From the NCBI GenBank assembly GCA_963668695.2, contig CAXXLQ010000004.1, forward strand, positions 3,136,001 to 3,200,000: a DNA stretch of 64,000 nt, read 5' to 3'. A model generated the notes under the pieces. That model ran no database searches. It was not told the origin of the DNA and worked only from the letters and a program-made list of their open reading frames with translations. The position numbers and the translations under genes are program-made. The stretch is from Vicinamibacteria bacterium. Lineage in GTDB: Bacteria > Acidobacteriota > Vicinamibacteria > Marinacidobacterales > Marinacidobacteraceae. Below, piece after piece: positions 19,743 to 30,700 of the stretch (its first letter is position 1; every line of letters starts with the position of its first letter).

Positions 19743-20153
19743 TCAGAAACCGCGCGGCAGCGTGGCCTTGATGTCCGCGAGGGAATCCCCCCGGTGGACC
19801 AGGATCCTCATTCCTCCCTTCCGGGAGCGGGCTGTTTCGCGGCAAGCGGGTTCCGGCGCGCGCTGCACAGCGAGCACGATGTCGCCGGCAACGAGACCCA
19901 AGAGCAACGCCTCCTGCCCAATTTCGAGGTCCGCCGGGCACACCGCCAACCCCACGATGCGCCATCCGCCAATCGCTGACCGGTCCAACCGCCGTTCCAC
20001 GAGCGTCTCGAGCGTCACGGTCCCGGACGTACGGTCTACCGCCGGTTCGAACCCAACGATATCGACTTGCCGGTGCCGCTTCTCGCCGTAGAGGAATCCG
20101 CGCCGTCCATCAAGCGACGCGGCCGCGTCGGCTCCGACAAAAACGTCCGGCAA
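19743..20153 (-). CDS. Hypothetical protein, probably co-transcribed with pgsA
   Basis: 136-aa ORF (TTG start) with protein-like composition filling the gap after pgsA; no motif recognised. Confidence 0.5.
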   Translation of the reverse strand: MPDVFVGADAAASLDGRRGFLYGEKRHRQVDIVGFEPAVDRTSGTVTLETLVERRLDRSAIGGWRIVGLAVCPADLEIGQEALLLGLVAGDIVLAVQRAPEPACRETARSRKGGMRILVHRGDSLADIKATLPRGF

Positions 20154-20202
20154 GGCGCGAACCAGACGGCGGGCCGCGGTCCGCCGCGCGCCAGCAGGTT
20201 GG

Positions 20203-20736
20203 TCAGCCAGAGAGCGCGACTCTCCCCGCTCCGAGGAAGTAGGAGAAACCGGACCATGCCGTCACCACGGCCGCGGCCCAGAGACCTGCCACCCCGAAAG
20301 GCGCCAGAACAGGATAGAGAGCCCCCACCAGAACCAGCAGTGCGGCGTAGACCTGCGCGTGCATCTTGATTTTTCCGAGAAGGCTGACCGGCACGCTTCC
20401 GCCCCGCTGGAGCGCCACCATGCGCAACGCCGTCACCGCGAACTCGCGGCCCACGATCACGATCGCCACCCATGCCGGACAGAGCCCCCGATCCACCAGG
20501 CAAATGAAGATCGTGGCGATGAAGAACTTGTCGGCGATCGGATCGAGGAGGGTCCCGAGCGCAGTGATCTGGTTCCGGCGGCGGGCGATGTACCCGTCGA
20601 GCAGATCGGTAAGAGCCGCGCCGGCCACGAGAATTGCGCTGACGAGTTGCCAGCCCGGAAAGGAGGCGAGGAGCGCCACTGCCAAGACCGGCGTCAGCAG
20701 TATCCGCAGCAGCGTGAGACGGTTCGCCACGCTCAT
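20203..20736 (-). CDS. pgsA: CDP-diacylglycerol--glycerol-3-phosphate 3-phosphatidyltransferase
   Basis: ANRLTLLRI, TDLLDGYIARRRNQITALGTLLDPIADK, GREFAVT, GKIK. Confidence 0.9.
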   Translation of the reverse strand: MSVANRLTLLRILLTPVLAVALLASFPGWQLVSAILVAGAALTDLLDGYIARRRNQITALGTLLDPIADKFFIATIFICLVDRGLCPAWVAIVIVGREFAVTALRMVALQRGGSVPVSLLGKIKMHAQVYAALLVLVGALYPVLAPFGVAGLWAAAVVTAWSGFSYFLGAGRVALSG

Positions 20737-20865
20737 TTCGGGCTCACGTTCGAAGAGGCTCTCCGCGCCCGTAGCGCGGTGCGCGAATGTTATCAGCCGC
20801 TGCCGGGAGACCCGCCATCCAGACGCCGGTCACGACCGCCAGCGAGTATCCTGTCGGGCGGTTCG

Positions 20866-21942
20866 ATGAAGGCGGTCATTCTGATTGGGGGAAAGGCGCT
20901 GCGGCTCCGCCCCCTTACTTTCCGCCGGCCGAAGGCCATTGTCCCGCTCCTCGCGCGGCCTTTCCTCGTCACGCAGTTCGAGTTGCTCCGCAAGGCGGGT
21001 GTCACCGACGTCGTCCTGTGCCTCGCCTCGCTGCCCCGGCGGATCGAGGCCACCTTTGGTGACGGAAACGCGTTCGGGATCTCGCTCCGCTACTCGGTAG
21101 AGCCGAAGCCGCTCGGCACCGGAGGAGCTGTCGGACACGTACGGTCCTTGCTGGCCGAACCATTCGTCTGTCTCAACGGCGACGTGTTTACCGACCTCGA
21201 CATAGCCTCTCTGATCCGGACCCATGAATCGGCGCGGGCAACGCTCACCCTTGCCCTCAGCCCGGTAGCGGACGCATCTCAATACGGCGTGGTCCGGACC
21301 GCGGGCGGCGAGGACGGCGAGCCACTCCGCGTTGTCGACTTCATTGAAAAGCCGCGCGCTCCCGGGCCGGCCGAGATCAGTGTCGGCGCCTACGTAATGG
21401 ATCCGGAGATCTTCGAGTTCTTGCCGGACAAGGGTCGCTGTTCGCTGGAGCACGAGGTCTTCCCGGCCGTGGTAGCCGCGGGCCGCCGGGTTGCCGCGCA
21501 CCGACACGGGGGATATTTCACCGATATCGGAGTGCTCGACCGTTACCGCCAGGCGCACCGCGACGCCCTTGACGGCAAGATACGGATACCGGGGGTGGGA
21601 CGCCCCAACCCGGGAGGGGTCATCGTGGACGAGACTGCTTCGGTCCATCCCCGCGCTCGCCTACTCGGGCCGGCGCTCGTGGGCCCCGGGGCCCAGGTGC
21701 GCGAGGACGCCGAGATTGGTCCCTACGCGGTACTCGGACGCCGGGTGAGGATCGAGGCGAACGCCCGGGTAAAGGATTCGATCCTCTGGGCCGACACCCG
21801 CATCAGCGAAGAAGCCGACGTTTCGGGATCCATATTGGGCGTCAGCAGTTTCGTAGGGCCGGGAGTGCGTCTGTCGGGCGCGGTCCTCGGCGACAAGAGC
21901 ACCATCGCTGCGTACAGCGCCGTGCCATGGCTCACGGACTGA
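20866..21942 (+). CDS. NDP-sugar synthase (mannose-1-phosphate guanylyltransferase-like) with hexapeptide C-terminus
   Basis: MKAVILIGGKALRLRPLT..PK, EPKPLGTGGA, NGD, FIEKP, left-handed beta-helix tail. Confidence 0.88.
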   Translation: MKAVILIGGKALRLRPLTFRRPKAIVPLLARPFLVTQFELLRKAGVTDVVLCLASLPRRIEATFGDGNAFGISLRYSVEPKPLGTGGAVGHVRSLLAEPFVCLNGDVFTDLDIASLIRTHESARATLTLALSPVADASQYGVVRTAGGEDGEPLRVVDFIEKPRAPGPAEISVGAYVMDPEIFEFLPDKGRCSLEHEVFPAVVAAGRRVAAHRHGGYFTDIGVLDRYRQAHRDALDGKIRIPGVGRPNPGGVIVDETASVHPRARLLGPALVGPGAQVREDAEIGPYAVLGRRVRIEANARVKDSILWADTRISEEADVSGSILGVSSFVGPGVRLSGAVLGDKSTIAAYSAVPWLTD

Positions 21943-23348
21943 CTGCCGCGGAAGCGGGCCTCTTCAAGGCCTACGATGTCCGGGGGGGGGCCCCGGCGCC
22001 GCTGTCTCCAGCGCTGGCGTGGCGCGTCGGCCGGGCGTTCGCTACCTGGCTCGGGGGAGGACGGATCGGCATGGCCCGGGACGCGCGGCTCACGAGCCCG
22101 GCGCTGGCCCGGGCGTTCGCCGCGGGTCTTCAACTGCCGGGCGTCGAGATCCTCGACTACGGGATGTTGCCGACCGACGCGATGTGGTTCGCTGTCCGCC
22201 GCGACGGCCTCGACGGGGGTGCGGTAATCACCGCCTCCCACAACCCTCCCGGCGACAACGGGATCAAACTCGTCGAACGCGACGCCGCACCCGTCTTCCA
22301 CGAAAACGGCTTGCCGGAAGTGCGCCGCCTGGCCGGCGGATTCTCCGATCCGCCAATCGATTTCCCGCCCGGCCCGCCGCCTGGCCCTCCCCTCGAGATC
22401 GCACCCGACTATCGGGCGTTTCTGAACAGCGTCGTCAGCTTTCGCTCCTTGCCGGCGCTCCGCGTGGTGCTCGACGCCGGCAACGGCATGGGAGGACTGA
22501 TGGCGGCCGAGGTGTTCTCGAGAGTCCCCGGACAGTTCCTGGCGGTGCAGTTCCGGCCCGACGGCTCCTTCCCGAACCGGGGCGCCAACCCTCTCGACCC
22601 CGAGAACCGACAACCCCTCGTGCGCCGCGTCCTCGAGGAAGGCGCCGACTTCGGGGTCCTCTGGGACGGCGATGCCGACCGCTGCGTGTTCGTCGACGAT
22701 CAGGGATTTCACATTCCGGGTGACTTCACGACGGCGCTACTGGCCACGGCCGAGATCGCCAAGGAACCCGGCGCCAGAATCGTGTTCGACCTGCGGTCAT
22801 CGCGCGCGGTGCCAGATACCGTGACCCAGGCCGGCGGAATCCCCTGCGCGGGCCGGGTAGGACATGCCTATCTGAAACGACGCATGCGGCAGGAGGACGC
22901 CAGATTCGGGGGCGAGCTGAGCGGTCATTTCTTCTTCCGGGCCGCCGGGTATGCCGACAACGCCCTCCTGCCCATCTTGCTCATGATCGAACGGATCCGG
23001 GACTCGGGCAAGTCTCTCTCGGATCTGGCAAGCGAACTGCGACGCCGCTATTTCACCGTCGACGAAGAGAGCCGCGTGGTCCCCGACCAGGCGATGGCCT
23101 TCGACATGGTGCGGGAAGCCTTTCCGGGCGGCAAGGTGAACCGGCTGGATGGACTGACGATGGACTTTCCCGACTGGCGGTTCACTCTGCGGCCCTCCAA
23201 CACGGAACCCGTAATGAGGCTGACCCTGGAGGCCTACCGCGCGGGACTTGCCGAACGGCGCCGGAACGAAATCCTGTCCCTGCTGGACCAGGCCCGGGAA
23301 CGAGGAGAGGCGAGTCCCACTCCTCCGGCAGGGGCTTTCGCCGAGTAG
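21927..23348 (+). CDS. Phosphomannomutase/phosphoglucomutase
   Basis: FKAYDVRG, ITASHNP, DGDADR, GELSGH, RPSNTEP. Confidence 0.93.
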   Translation: MAHGLTAAEAGLFKAYDVRGGAPAPLSPALAWRVGRAFATWLGGGRIGMARDARLTSPALARAFAAGLQLPGVEILDYGMLPTDAMWFAVRRDGLDGGAVITASHNPPGDNGIKLVERDAAPVFHENGLPEVRRLAGGFSDPPIDFPPGPPPGPPLEIAPDYRAFLNSVVSFRSLPALRVVLDAGNGMGGLMAAEVFSRVPGQFLAVQFRPDGSFPNRGANPLDPENRQPLVRRVLEEGADFGVLWDGDADRCVFVDDQGFHIPGDFTTALLATAEIAKEPGARIVFDLRSSRAVPDTVTQAGGIPCAGRVGHAYLKRRMRQEDARFGGELSGHFFFRAAGYADNALLPILLMIERIRDSGKSLSDLASELRRRYFTVDEESRVVPDQAMAFDMVREAFPGGKVNRLDGLTMDFPDWRFTLRPSNTEPVMRLTLEAYRAGLAERRRNEILSLLDQARERGEASPTPPAGAFAE

Positions 23349-23364
23349 AATCACCGGTTTCCGG

Positions 23365-23437
23365 GCGGGCGTATCTCAGTTGGCAGAGTACGAGCTTCCC
23401 AAGCTCGGTGTCGCGGGTTCGAGCCCCGTCGCCCGCT
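23365..23437 (+). tRNA. tRNA-Gly(CCC), CCA not encoded
   Basis: GCGGGCG/CGCCCGC acceptor stem, anticodon arm CGAGC-TTCCCAA-GCTCG, GGTTCGAGCC T-arm. Confidence 0.95.
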
Positions 23438-23467
23438 CCGTTTTATTTTCCGGTTCCGCTTCGCCCT

Positions 23468-23904
23468 ATGGCCATTTTCCGTCGCAACAAGGAAAGCGAG
23501 GCTTTTCTTAACGAAGTGCCTCCTTCTCCTCCCGAACGGGGCGCCCGCTCGACCTGGATCGGCCCGGACACCTTCGTCGAGGGCAAGAGCACGACCCGGG
23601 AGGACATCTGTATCCAGGGACGTCTCAAGGGCACCGTGGAAAGCACCGCCTCGGTGCTGATTCCGGAGGGTGGTCAGGTAGAGGCCGACATCGTGGCCCG
23701 GAACGTGGCCATCCATGGCCGGGTCTCGGGCAACGTAGAAGCGATCGAAAAGGCGGAAATCGGCGCGTCGGGCGTCCTCACCGGAGGGATTCTGGCTGCG
23801 ACCGTGGTCGTACAGGCAGGGGCCACTTTCGAGGGAACCATCCGGACCCGCGCCAAGACCGACACGAAGTCGGAGCCAGATCCCAAGACAAAAGAGGAGG
23901 CTCC

Positions 23905-23908
<4 letters not shown>
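23468..23908 (+). CDS. Bactofilin (polymer-forming cytoskeletal protein)
   Basis: [38 protein letters not shown] beta-helix pattern. Confidence 0.88.
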
Positions 23909-25020
<1,112 letters not shown>

Positions 25021-25187
25021 TTAGCAGGCTGCTGGCAGCGGGCGATACCGAGTGGCGTGAGCGCTGACGCGGAGGCGGCAAGGCCGAACGATCGCCGGCC
25101 CAACAGAAAGCGATACCGGAAGCGATACCGCCTTCGCCTCGTCCCGGAGTTTCGTCCGGCGGTCCGCGCCGGAGCAGTACCGAGCCG

Positions 25188-25937
25188 ATGAACATCCCGA
25201 AACCCGCAGCCATTCGGGAGCCATCACCGGGGCTGCGGCGGTTTGCGGATTGGGAAACCCCTGCCGATGGGGCGACCAACATGCGGCGCGATCACGAGCT
25301 GCTGGAGGAGGCCGCGCGCGGAGCGCCTCCAACGCTTCGTCTCTATCGCTGGTCCCGACCTACCCTGACACTGGGGCACGCGCAATCGCTCGCAAGCGCC
25401 ACGGACCCGGCGGCGCTGGCCAGACTGGGCATTCCCTGGGTTCGCCGCCCGACCGGCGGCCGGGCACTCCTCCATCTGCCGGACGAACTCACCTACGCGT
25501 TCGCGGCGCCCAAGGGCCTGGCGCCGGGGGTCCGGACCGCCTATTTCCGGGTGATGGGGGCAATCGCCGAGGCGCTCGCCGGCTTCGCGCGGGTCGATCC
25601 GATGCCCGCCGGCTCCCTGCCCCGCGAACCTGCGGCCCCCAGGCTTCCATGCCACGCCGTTGCCACCGGCCACGAGATCACCGCCGGCGGACGGAAGCTG
25701 GTTGCCGGGGCCCAACGATGGCGCCGGGGCGCCTTCTTGCAACACGGCTCGATTCCCTGGACGGTGGACCGACCCCTCACGAACGCCCTGGCAGGACTTC
25801 CCGCCGGCTCACCCGTTGCTGCGGTTGGCCTGAGTGAACTCCCCGCTCTCGGGCAAGCGGACGTGCCGCCTCGCGTGGGCGCGGTAGCCGACGCGCTGGA
25901 GGCATCGTTCTGCCGGAAATTCGGGGCTCCGTGCTAG
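25188..25937 (+). CDS. Lipoate--protein ligase family protein (LipM/LplA-like)
   Basis: NMRRD..LL, LRLYRW, VRRPTGG.ALLH, RKLVAGAQ, LQHGSI. Confidence 0.88.
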   Translation: MNIPKPAAIREPSPGLRRFADWETPADGATNMRRDHELLEEAARGAPPTLRLYRWSRPTLTLGHAQSLASATDPAALARLGIPWVRRPTGGRALLHLPDELTYAFAAPKGLAPGVRTAYFRVMGAIAEALAGFARVDPMPAGSLPREPAAPRLPCHAVATGHEITAGGRKLVAGAQRWRRGAFLQHGSIPWTVDRPLTNALAGLPAGSPVAAVGLSELPALGQADVPPRVGAVADALEASFCRKFGAPC

Positions 25938-25974
25938 TCTGATTGGCTGGTTTCCAACCGGTATTCAGGAGCGA

Positions 25975-26724
25975 TTGATGAACGATTCCTCGCAGGGAGA
26001 ACCACCCGAGCCGCTTGCGGAAGCCCGCGGGGCGAATGGCGCCGCCGCCGGAAATCCCACGGATCCGCCTGAGTCTCCGGAAGGGGGCGGTTCCACCGAG
26101 ATCGACGACCTGCGAGACCGGGTCACCGCCCTGAACCAGGAACTGGCCGATGCCAAGGATCTCGCCCGTCGGGCGCAGGCCGACCTCGCAAACGTCCGCC
26201 GGCGCTCCCAAAACGAGCGTGCCGAGTTCCGGTCCCGCGCTACCGCAGAGATCTGCTCCGCCCTGTTGCCAGTGCTGGACGATCTCCACCGCGCCGTTAC
26301 CGAAGTGGACAAAACGACCGTGCGCTGGGAAGAGGACGGCGGCGGCGATCCGGCGGCGACCGTGGTCAAGGGGCTACACCAAGGGATCCGGTTGGTTCTG
26401 CGCCGGTTCCAGGACGCTCTGAAGCGCCAGGGACTACTTGAGATTGAAGCAGACGGTGCGCCTTTCGATCCGCGGCTGCACGAGGCCGTCCATGAAATCC
26501 CCGCCGGGCCGGGACAGCGCGAGGGCGACGTGGCTGAGGTGCTCCGCCGGGGCTACCTCCTCGACGGCCGGGTGATCCGCCCGGCCACCGTGATCGTCGC
26601 CGCGGCATCCGCTGAGCGACCGGGCAACCCCGAGGAAACGGACGAAGGCGCAGACGAAGACGACGGCGGGTCGGCGACCGAACCGGCGCCGCCGGGATCC
26701 GCAACCGAACCACTGCCCGCCTGA
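25975..26724 (+). CDS. grpE: Nucleotide exchange factor GrpE
   Basis: RAQADLANVRRR, LLPVLDDL, FDPRLHEA, GYLLDGRVIRPA. Confidence 0.93.
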   Translation: MMNDSSQGEPPEPLAEARGANGAAAGNPTDPPESPEGGGSTEIDDLRDRVTALNQELADAKDLARRAQADLANVRRRSQNERAEFRSRATAEICSALLPVLDDLHRAVTEVDKTTVRWEEDGGGDPAATVVKGLHQGIRLVLRRFQDALKRQGLLEIEADGAPFDPRLHEAVHEIPAGPGQREGDVAEVLRRGYLLDGRVIRPATVIVAAASAERPGNPEETDEGADEDDGGSATEPAPPGSATEPLPA

Positions 26725-26732
26725 AGAACTCC

Positions 26733-27947
26733 ATGCCAGCCACCGCCCAGCGCGATTACTACGAAGTTCTCCGTGTGACCCGGGACGCGAGTCCGGAGGA
26801 GATCAAGAAGGCCTATCGCAAGCTCGCGATCCGCTATCACCCCGACCGCAACCCGGACGACAAATCCGCCGAGGGGCAGTTCAAGCAGGCATCCGAGGCG
26901 TACGGCGTCCTGGGCGATCCCGACAGGAGGTCCCGCTACGACCGGTTCGGCCATGCCGGCGTCGGCGGCGCTGGACAGACGATGGACAGCGAGGTTTTTG
27001 CGGACTTGCAGGATGTTCTCCGGGGCAGCGTCTTCGACCTGTTCGGCGAGATGTTCGGCGGCGGGAACCCGCGAGGCCCCGCGCGCGGGCGCGACATCCA
27101 GTACGAGCTGAACATCGACTTCAGCGAACCCAAGCAAGAGAGCAGCAAGAGAATCCTCGTTTCCCGCTCGGAGCCCTGCGATTCCTGTCGCGGGAGCGGA
27201 ATCGCAGCCGGCAAGCAGCCAATCCTCTGTGGACGGTGCGGCGGACGCGGGCAGGAAACCTTTTCCCGCGGCTTCATGGTGATGAGCCGGACCTGTTCCG
27301 GCTGTGGTGGAACGGGAAAGATCGTGCGCGACCCCTGCGGGGAGTGCGCGGGCGCCGGAAGAACTCCGCGGGAGCGGGAGATCACCGTGCAGCTCCCCGC
27401 GGGGATTGCTGACGGAAACCAGCTTCGCGTCTCGGGCGAAGGAGAACCGGGAGCCCGCGGTGGACCACCGGGCGATCTCTACGTGCGCGTCCACGTCCGG
27501 CCCGCTCGCGGCATGCGGCGGGAGGACGACGACGTTCTCAGCGAGGCGCCGATCACTTTTCCCCAGGCGGTGCTCGGCACCGAAATCTCGATCGCGACCA
27601 TCTGGGGAGAGAAAACCCTTCGGATCCCACCCGGCACGCAGCCGCACACGATCCTCCGCTTGCGAAGCAAGGGTTTCCCCGCACTCCGGGGTCGAAGCCG
27701 TGGCAATCACCTGGTCCGCGTTCTGGTGGAAGTGCCGAGGAAGCTGAGCGGCCGGGCGCGGGGCGCGGTTGTCACCCTGTCCGAGGAATTCGACGCGTCC
27801 TTCGTGCGTTCCTCCGGCAACCGCGACGCGAATTCGCAGCGCCCCGGTGAGGCTGGCCGCGAGCGGGGGGCCGGAGCGACTGGCGACCGCTCCGCCGATA
27901 GTTCAGGAAAGTCCCGCTCGTCATTTTTCGACCGGATCTTTTCGTGA
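26733..27947 (+). CDS. dnaJ: Chaperone DnaJ
   Basis: J domain with HPD, four CxxCxGxG repeats, GPPGDLYV. Confidence 0.96.
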   Translation: MPATAQRDYYEVLRVTRDASPEEIKKAYRKLAIRYHPDRNPDDKSAEGQFKQASEAYGVLGDPDRRSRYDRFGHAGVGGAGQTMDSEVFADLQDVLRGSVFDLFGEMFGGGNPRGPARGRDIQYELNIDFSEPKQESSKRILVSRSEPCDSCRGSGIAAGKQPILCGRCGGRGQETFSRGFMVMSRTCSGCGGTGKIVRDPCGECAGAGRTPREREITVQLPAGIADGNQLRVSGEGEPGARGGPPGDLYVRVHVRPARGMRREDDDVLSEAPITFPQAVLGTEISIATIWGEKTLRIPPGTQPHTILRLRSKGFPALRGRSRGNHLVRVLVEVPRKLSGRARGAVVTLSEEFDASFVRSSGNRDANSQRPGEAGRERGAGATGDRSADSSGKSRSSFFDRIFS

Positions 27948-27961
27948 CGGGGTTCCACGGC

Positions 27962-28416
27962 TAGCAGCCTGTCGATAAAGTGGCGTGAGCGCCGAGAGCG
28001 CCAGTTCTCCCGGTGGGGGCGAAGCCCAGTTCTCCCGGTGGGGGTCCGGCTGACCAGGCGCGCGAGGGAGGAGCCCCCACCGGGAGAACTGGCCCGGGTG
28101 TATTTCGAACGAAGCGCAACGATGAACGAGGCGAAGCGGAGTGTTTCAGCCGGGATGGATCGCCGCTCGAGCAGCCTGTGGTGGAACCCGGGCGAGCGCC
28201 GAGGCCGGTGAGGCGCCCGGCTGACAAGGCGCGTGAGGGAGGAGCCCCCACCGGGAGAACTGGCCCGGGTGTATTTCGACCGAAACGCAACGCAGAACGT
28301 AGCGAAGCGGAGTGGTTCAGCCGGGATGGATCGCCGGCCGAACGCCGGCTGGGTTTCACCACAGGCTGCTAGCCCCCACCGGGAGAACTGGGCCGCGAGA
28401 CTTTGTCCACCGGCTG
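27962..28416. mobile_element. Composite family A elements with U inserts
   Basis: TA|GCAGCCTGTCGATAAAG start, internal GCAGCCTGTGGTGGAACCC, end CAGGCTGC|TA at 28370, plus an extra right-end remnant. Confidence 0.8.
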
Positions 28417-28556
28417 CTCGTCCTGACCTTTCAGCCACCGACCCGGGGCGGACCGCAACCCGGCGGCATCGACCGGCAGAAAATGGCGTCCGAAGACGGC
28501 CGACGTACCCGCTCGATCTGCACGGGCCCGGCCCGCTTACCGGCTGGGAAGGGCTC

Positions 28557-29477
28557 GTGGTGGACGAGAACGAGTTCCTCGGCGCCGCGGAAACGTCGGC
28601 AACGGGCGATCGGGTGCGGCTCTGGTTTGGCTCGGCGGGCGCCCGGCGACGGCTGGCGGCTCGTCTCGACGCGCTGGTCGAGTCCAAAAGGCCAGCCGCG
28701 GCGGCCCGAGAATCCGAATTCCCGCTGCACGGCGTCACCGTCCGGCATGCGCCTCCCGAACCGGCACGCGACTGGACGGCACGATATCGCGAGCTTTTTT
28801 CCGGGGTGCGGGCGGCTGGATTCTTCATTCACCCACCCCACATTCCGGCGGTGCCCGGGTTCCGGTCGCTCCTTCTCACACCCGGACTGGCCTTCGGCAC
28901 CGGAGTCCACGCCACGACCCGCATGGTTCTGGAATCGCTCGAAGAACACCTCAGCGCCCGCCAGTCGCGGACGCGCGTTCTCGACATCGGGACCGGATCG
29001 GGAATTCTTGCCGTCGCGGCCGCGCTGCTCGGAGCAAGGACGGTTGTGGGCCTCGACCAGGACCCCACGGCGATTCGCGCTGCGGAAGAAGCCGCGGCGG
29101 CGAACAGCCTGGTTGGCAGGATCCTGTTCCGTGCCGGAGACTATCGGGATCCGGACCTGGCGGCCGATCTGCACCCGCTGGCTCCCCGCGGCTTCGATGT
29201 AATCCTCGCCAATCTGTCGGCCAAACCCCTGACGGATTTTTGGGAATTCGCCGCGCCCCAGCTGCGGTCGCGAGGCCGGATTCTCATCTCGGGATTCCTC
29301 CGTGAAGAGGCGTCCCGCGTATTGGGCGCCTTCCCCGGACGATCGGTCAGATTGGCGGAAATCCGAATGGAGCTACCCGAACACCCCGAAACCGACACCT
29401 GGGTCGCGGCCGCGCTGGAGCGCCGAGAGAGCGAACGTTCCGCGCCGGAAGACCGAGCCGCCGCCACTCGCTTCTAG
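28557..29477 (+). CDS. prmA: Ribosomal protein L11 methyltransferase (start uncertain)
   Basis: PGLAFGTGVHATT, VLDIGTGSGILA, DVILANL, ISGF; position between dnaJ and rsmE. Confidence 0.88.
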   Translation: MVDENEFLGAAETSATGDRVRLWFGSAGARRRLAARLDALVESKRPAAAARESEFPLHGVTVRHAPPEPARDWTARYRELFSGVRAAGFFIHPPHIPAVPGFRSLLLTPGLAFGTGVHATTRMVLESLEEHLSARQSRTRVLDIGTGSGILAVAAALLGARTVVGLDQDPTAIRAAEEAAAANSLVGRILFRAGDYRDPDLAADLHPLAPRGFDVILANLSAKPLTDFWEFAAPQLRSRGRILISGFLREEASRVLGAFPGRSVRLAEIRMELPEHPETDTWVAAALERRESERSAPEDRAAATRF

Positions 29478-29713
29478 CAGCCTGTGGTGAAACTCACGCG
29501 GCCCAGTTCTCCCGGTGGGGGCTCGAGCGGCGATGCATCCCGGCTGAACCGCCCCCCCACCGGGAGAACTGGCGCTTTGCGGCGCTCTGCGTTGCGCTTC
29601 GGTCGAAATACACTCGGGCCAGTTCTCCCGGTGGGGGCTCCTCCCTCGCGCGCCTTGTCAGTCGGGCGCCTCCCCGCTCTCGGCGCTCACGCCAGTTCCA
29701 CCACAGGCTGCTA
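29475..29713. mobile_element. Family A element with three U inserts, filling the prmA-rsmE gap
   Basis: TA|GCAGCCTGTGGTGAAAC...GTTCCACCACAGGCTGC|TA; the left TA is in the prmA stop. Confidence 0.85.
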
Positions 29714-29715
29714 GC

Positions 29716-30441
29716 ATGGCCGCTGCGCGCCGCTTCCTCGCTCCCGAAGCGGCCGGCAGTTCCGAACTCCGGCTCGCCGCCTCGGAATCGCACCACCTGC
29801 TGCGCGTTCTCCGCCTGCCCCCGGGCGCGGCGGTCGAAGTCTTCGACGGCGTTGGCAACGCCTTCGCGGCGCGATTTCTCCGGGCCGACCAAGAAGGCCG
29901 CTGCCTCCTCCGGCGCGGTGAGGCGCTGGCCACCAGGGAACCCGCCATCCGCCTCACGGTGGGCGTTGCAGTTCCCAAAGGGGACGGCCTGACCGGGATC
30001 GTGCGGCAGCTCGCGGAGATCGGAGCAGCCTCGATCACCCCGCTCGAGACCGACCGTTCGGAAGGGCGCGCGTCCCCTGCCCGGGTCGAGCGTTGGCGCG
30101 CGGCCGCCCTCGCGGGGACCCGCCAGTCCGGTCGGGCGACTGTTCCCGCGGTCAGCGCACCGGCCCCGTTCGAAAACTGGATCCGGGATCCGCTGCCCGA
30201 AGAGCGCTGGATCGCCTCGCCCCCTTCCGCAGTCGAGACTTTCTCCGCCGTTCCGAAACCCGCACCGGCAAGGGACCGGGTGCTCGCCATCGGCCCCGAG
30301 GGGGGCTTCTCAGCCGGGGAACTCAAGGACGCCTGCCGGCACGGGTTCCGGCGCCTCGACCTCGGAGCACGCATCCTGCGCACCGGGACAGCCTCGGTGG
30401 TGGCGGCGGCCGCGCTGTTGCGATCGCACGGTTGGCAATGA
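29716..30441 (+). CDS. rsmE: 16S rRNA m3U1498 methyltransferase
   Basis: HHLLRVLRL, AEIGA, IGPEGGFS, LGARILRTGTA. Confidence 0.93.
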   Translation: MAAARRFLAPEAAGSSELRLAASESHHLLRVLRLPPGAAVEVFDGVGNAFAARFLRADQEGRCLLRRGEALATREPAIRLTVGVAVPKGDGLTGIVRQLAEIGAASITPLETDRSEGRASPARVERWRAAALAGTRQSGRATVPAVSAPAPFENWIRDPLPEERWIASPPSAVETFSAVPKPAPARDRVLAIGPEGGFSAGELKDACRHGFRRLDLGARILRTGTASVVAAAALLRSHGWQ

Positions 30442-30485
30442 CGGCCTTGGCGCCCGGAGCACCCGCCGCAACGCGGAGTGCGGGT

Positions 30486-30688
30486 TAGCAGCCTGTGGTG
30501 AAACCCAGGCGGCCCAGTTCTCCCGGTGGGGGCTCGGCCGGCGATCCATCCCGGCTGAACCGCGTCGCTTCGCGCCGCTCATCGTTGCGTTTCGGTCGAA
30601 ATACACTCGGTATTCCTCCCTCACGCGCCTTGTCAGCCGGGCGCCTCACCGGCCTCGGCGCTCACCCGGGTTCCACCACAGGTTGCTA
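30486..30688. mobile_element. Family A element with one U insert
   Basis: TA|GCAGCCTGTGGTGAAACCC...GGGTTCCACCACAGGTTGC|TA. Confidence 0.85.
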
Positions 30689-30700
30689 GCATCGGCCTCG

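Noticed and set aside
20359-20865. N-terminal extension of the NDP-sugar synthase (527-aa ORF)
   Set aside because: It is antisense to pgsA; the family motif MKAVIL begins at ATG 20866.
23365-23470. tRNA-Gly or tRNA-Val as a genomic island or prophage attachment site
   Set aside because: There is no integrase, no duplicated tRNA 3' end was seen, and the flanking genes are housekeeping.
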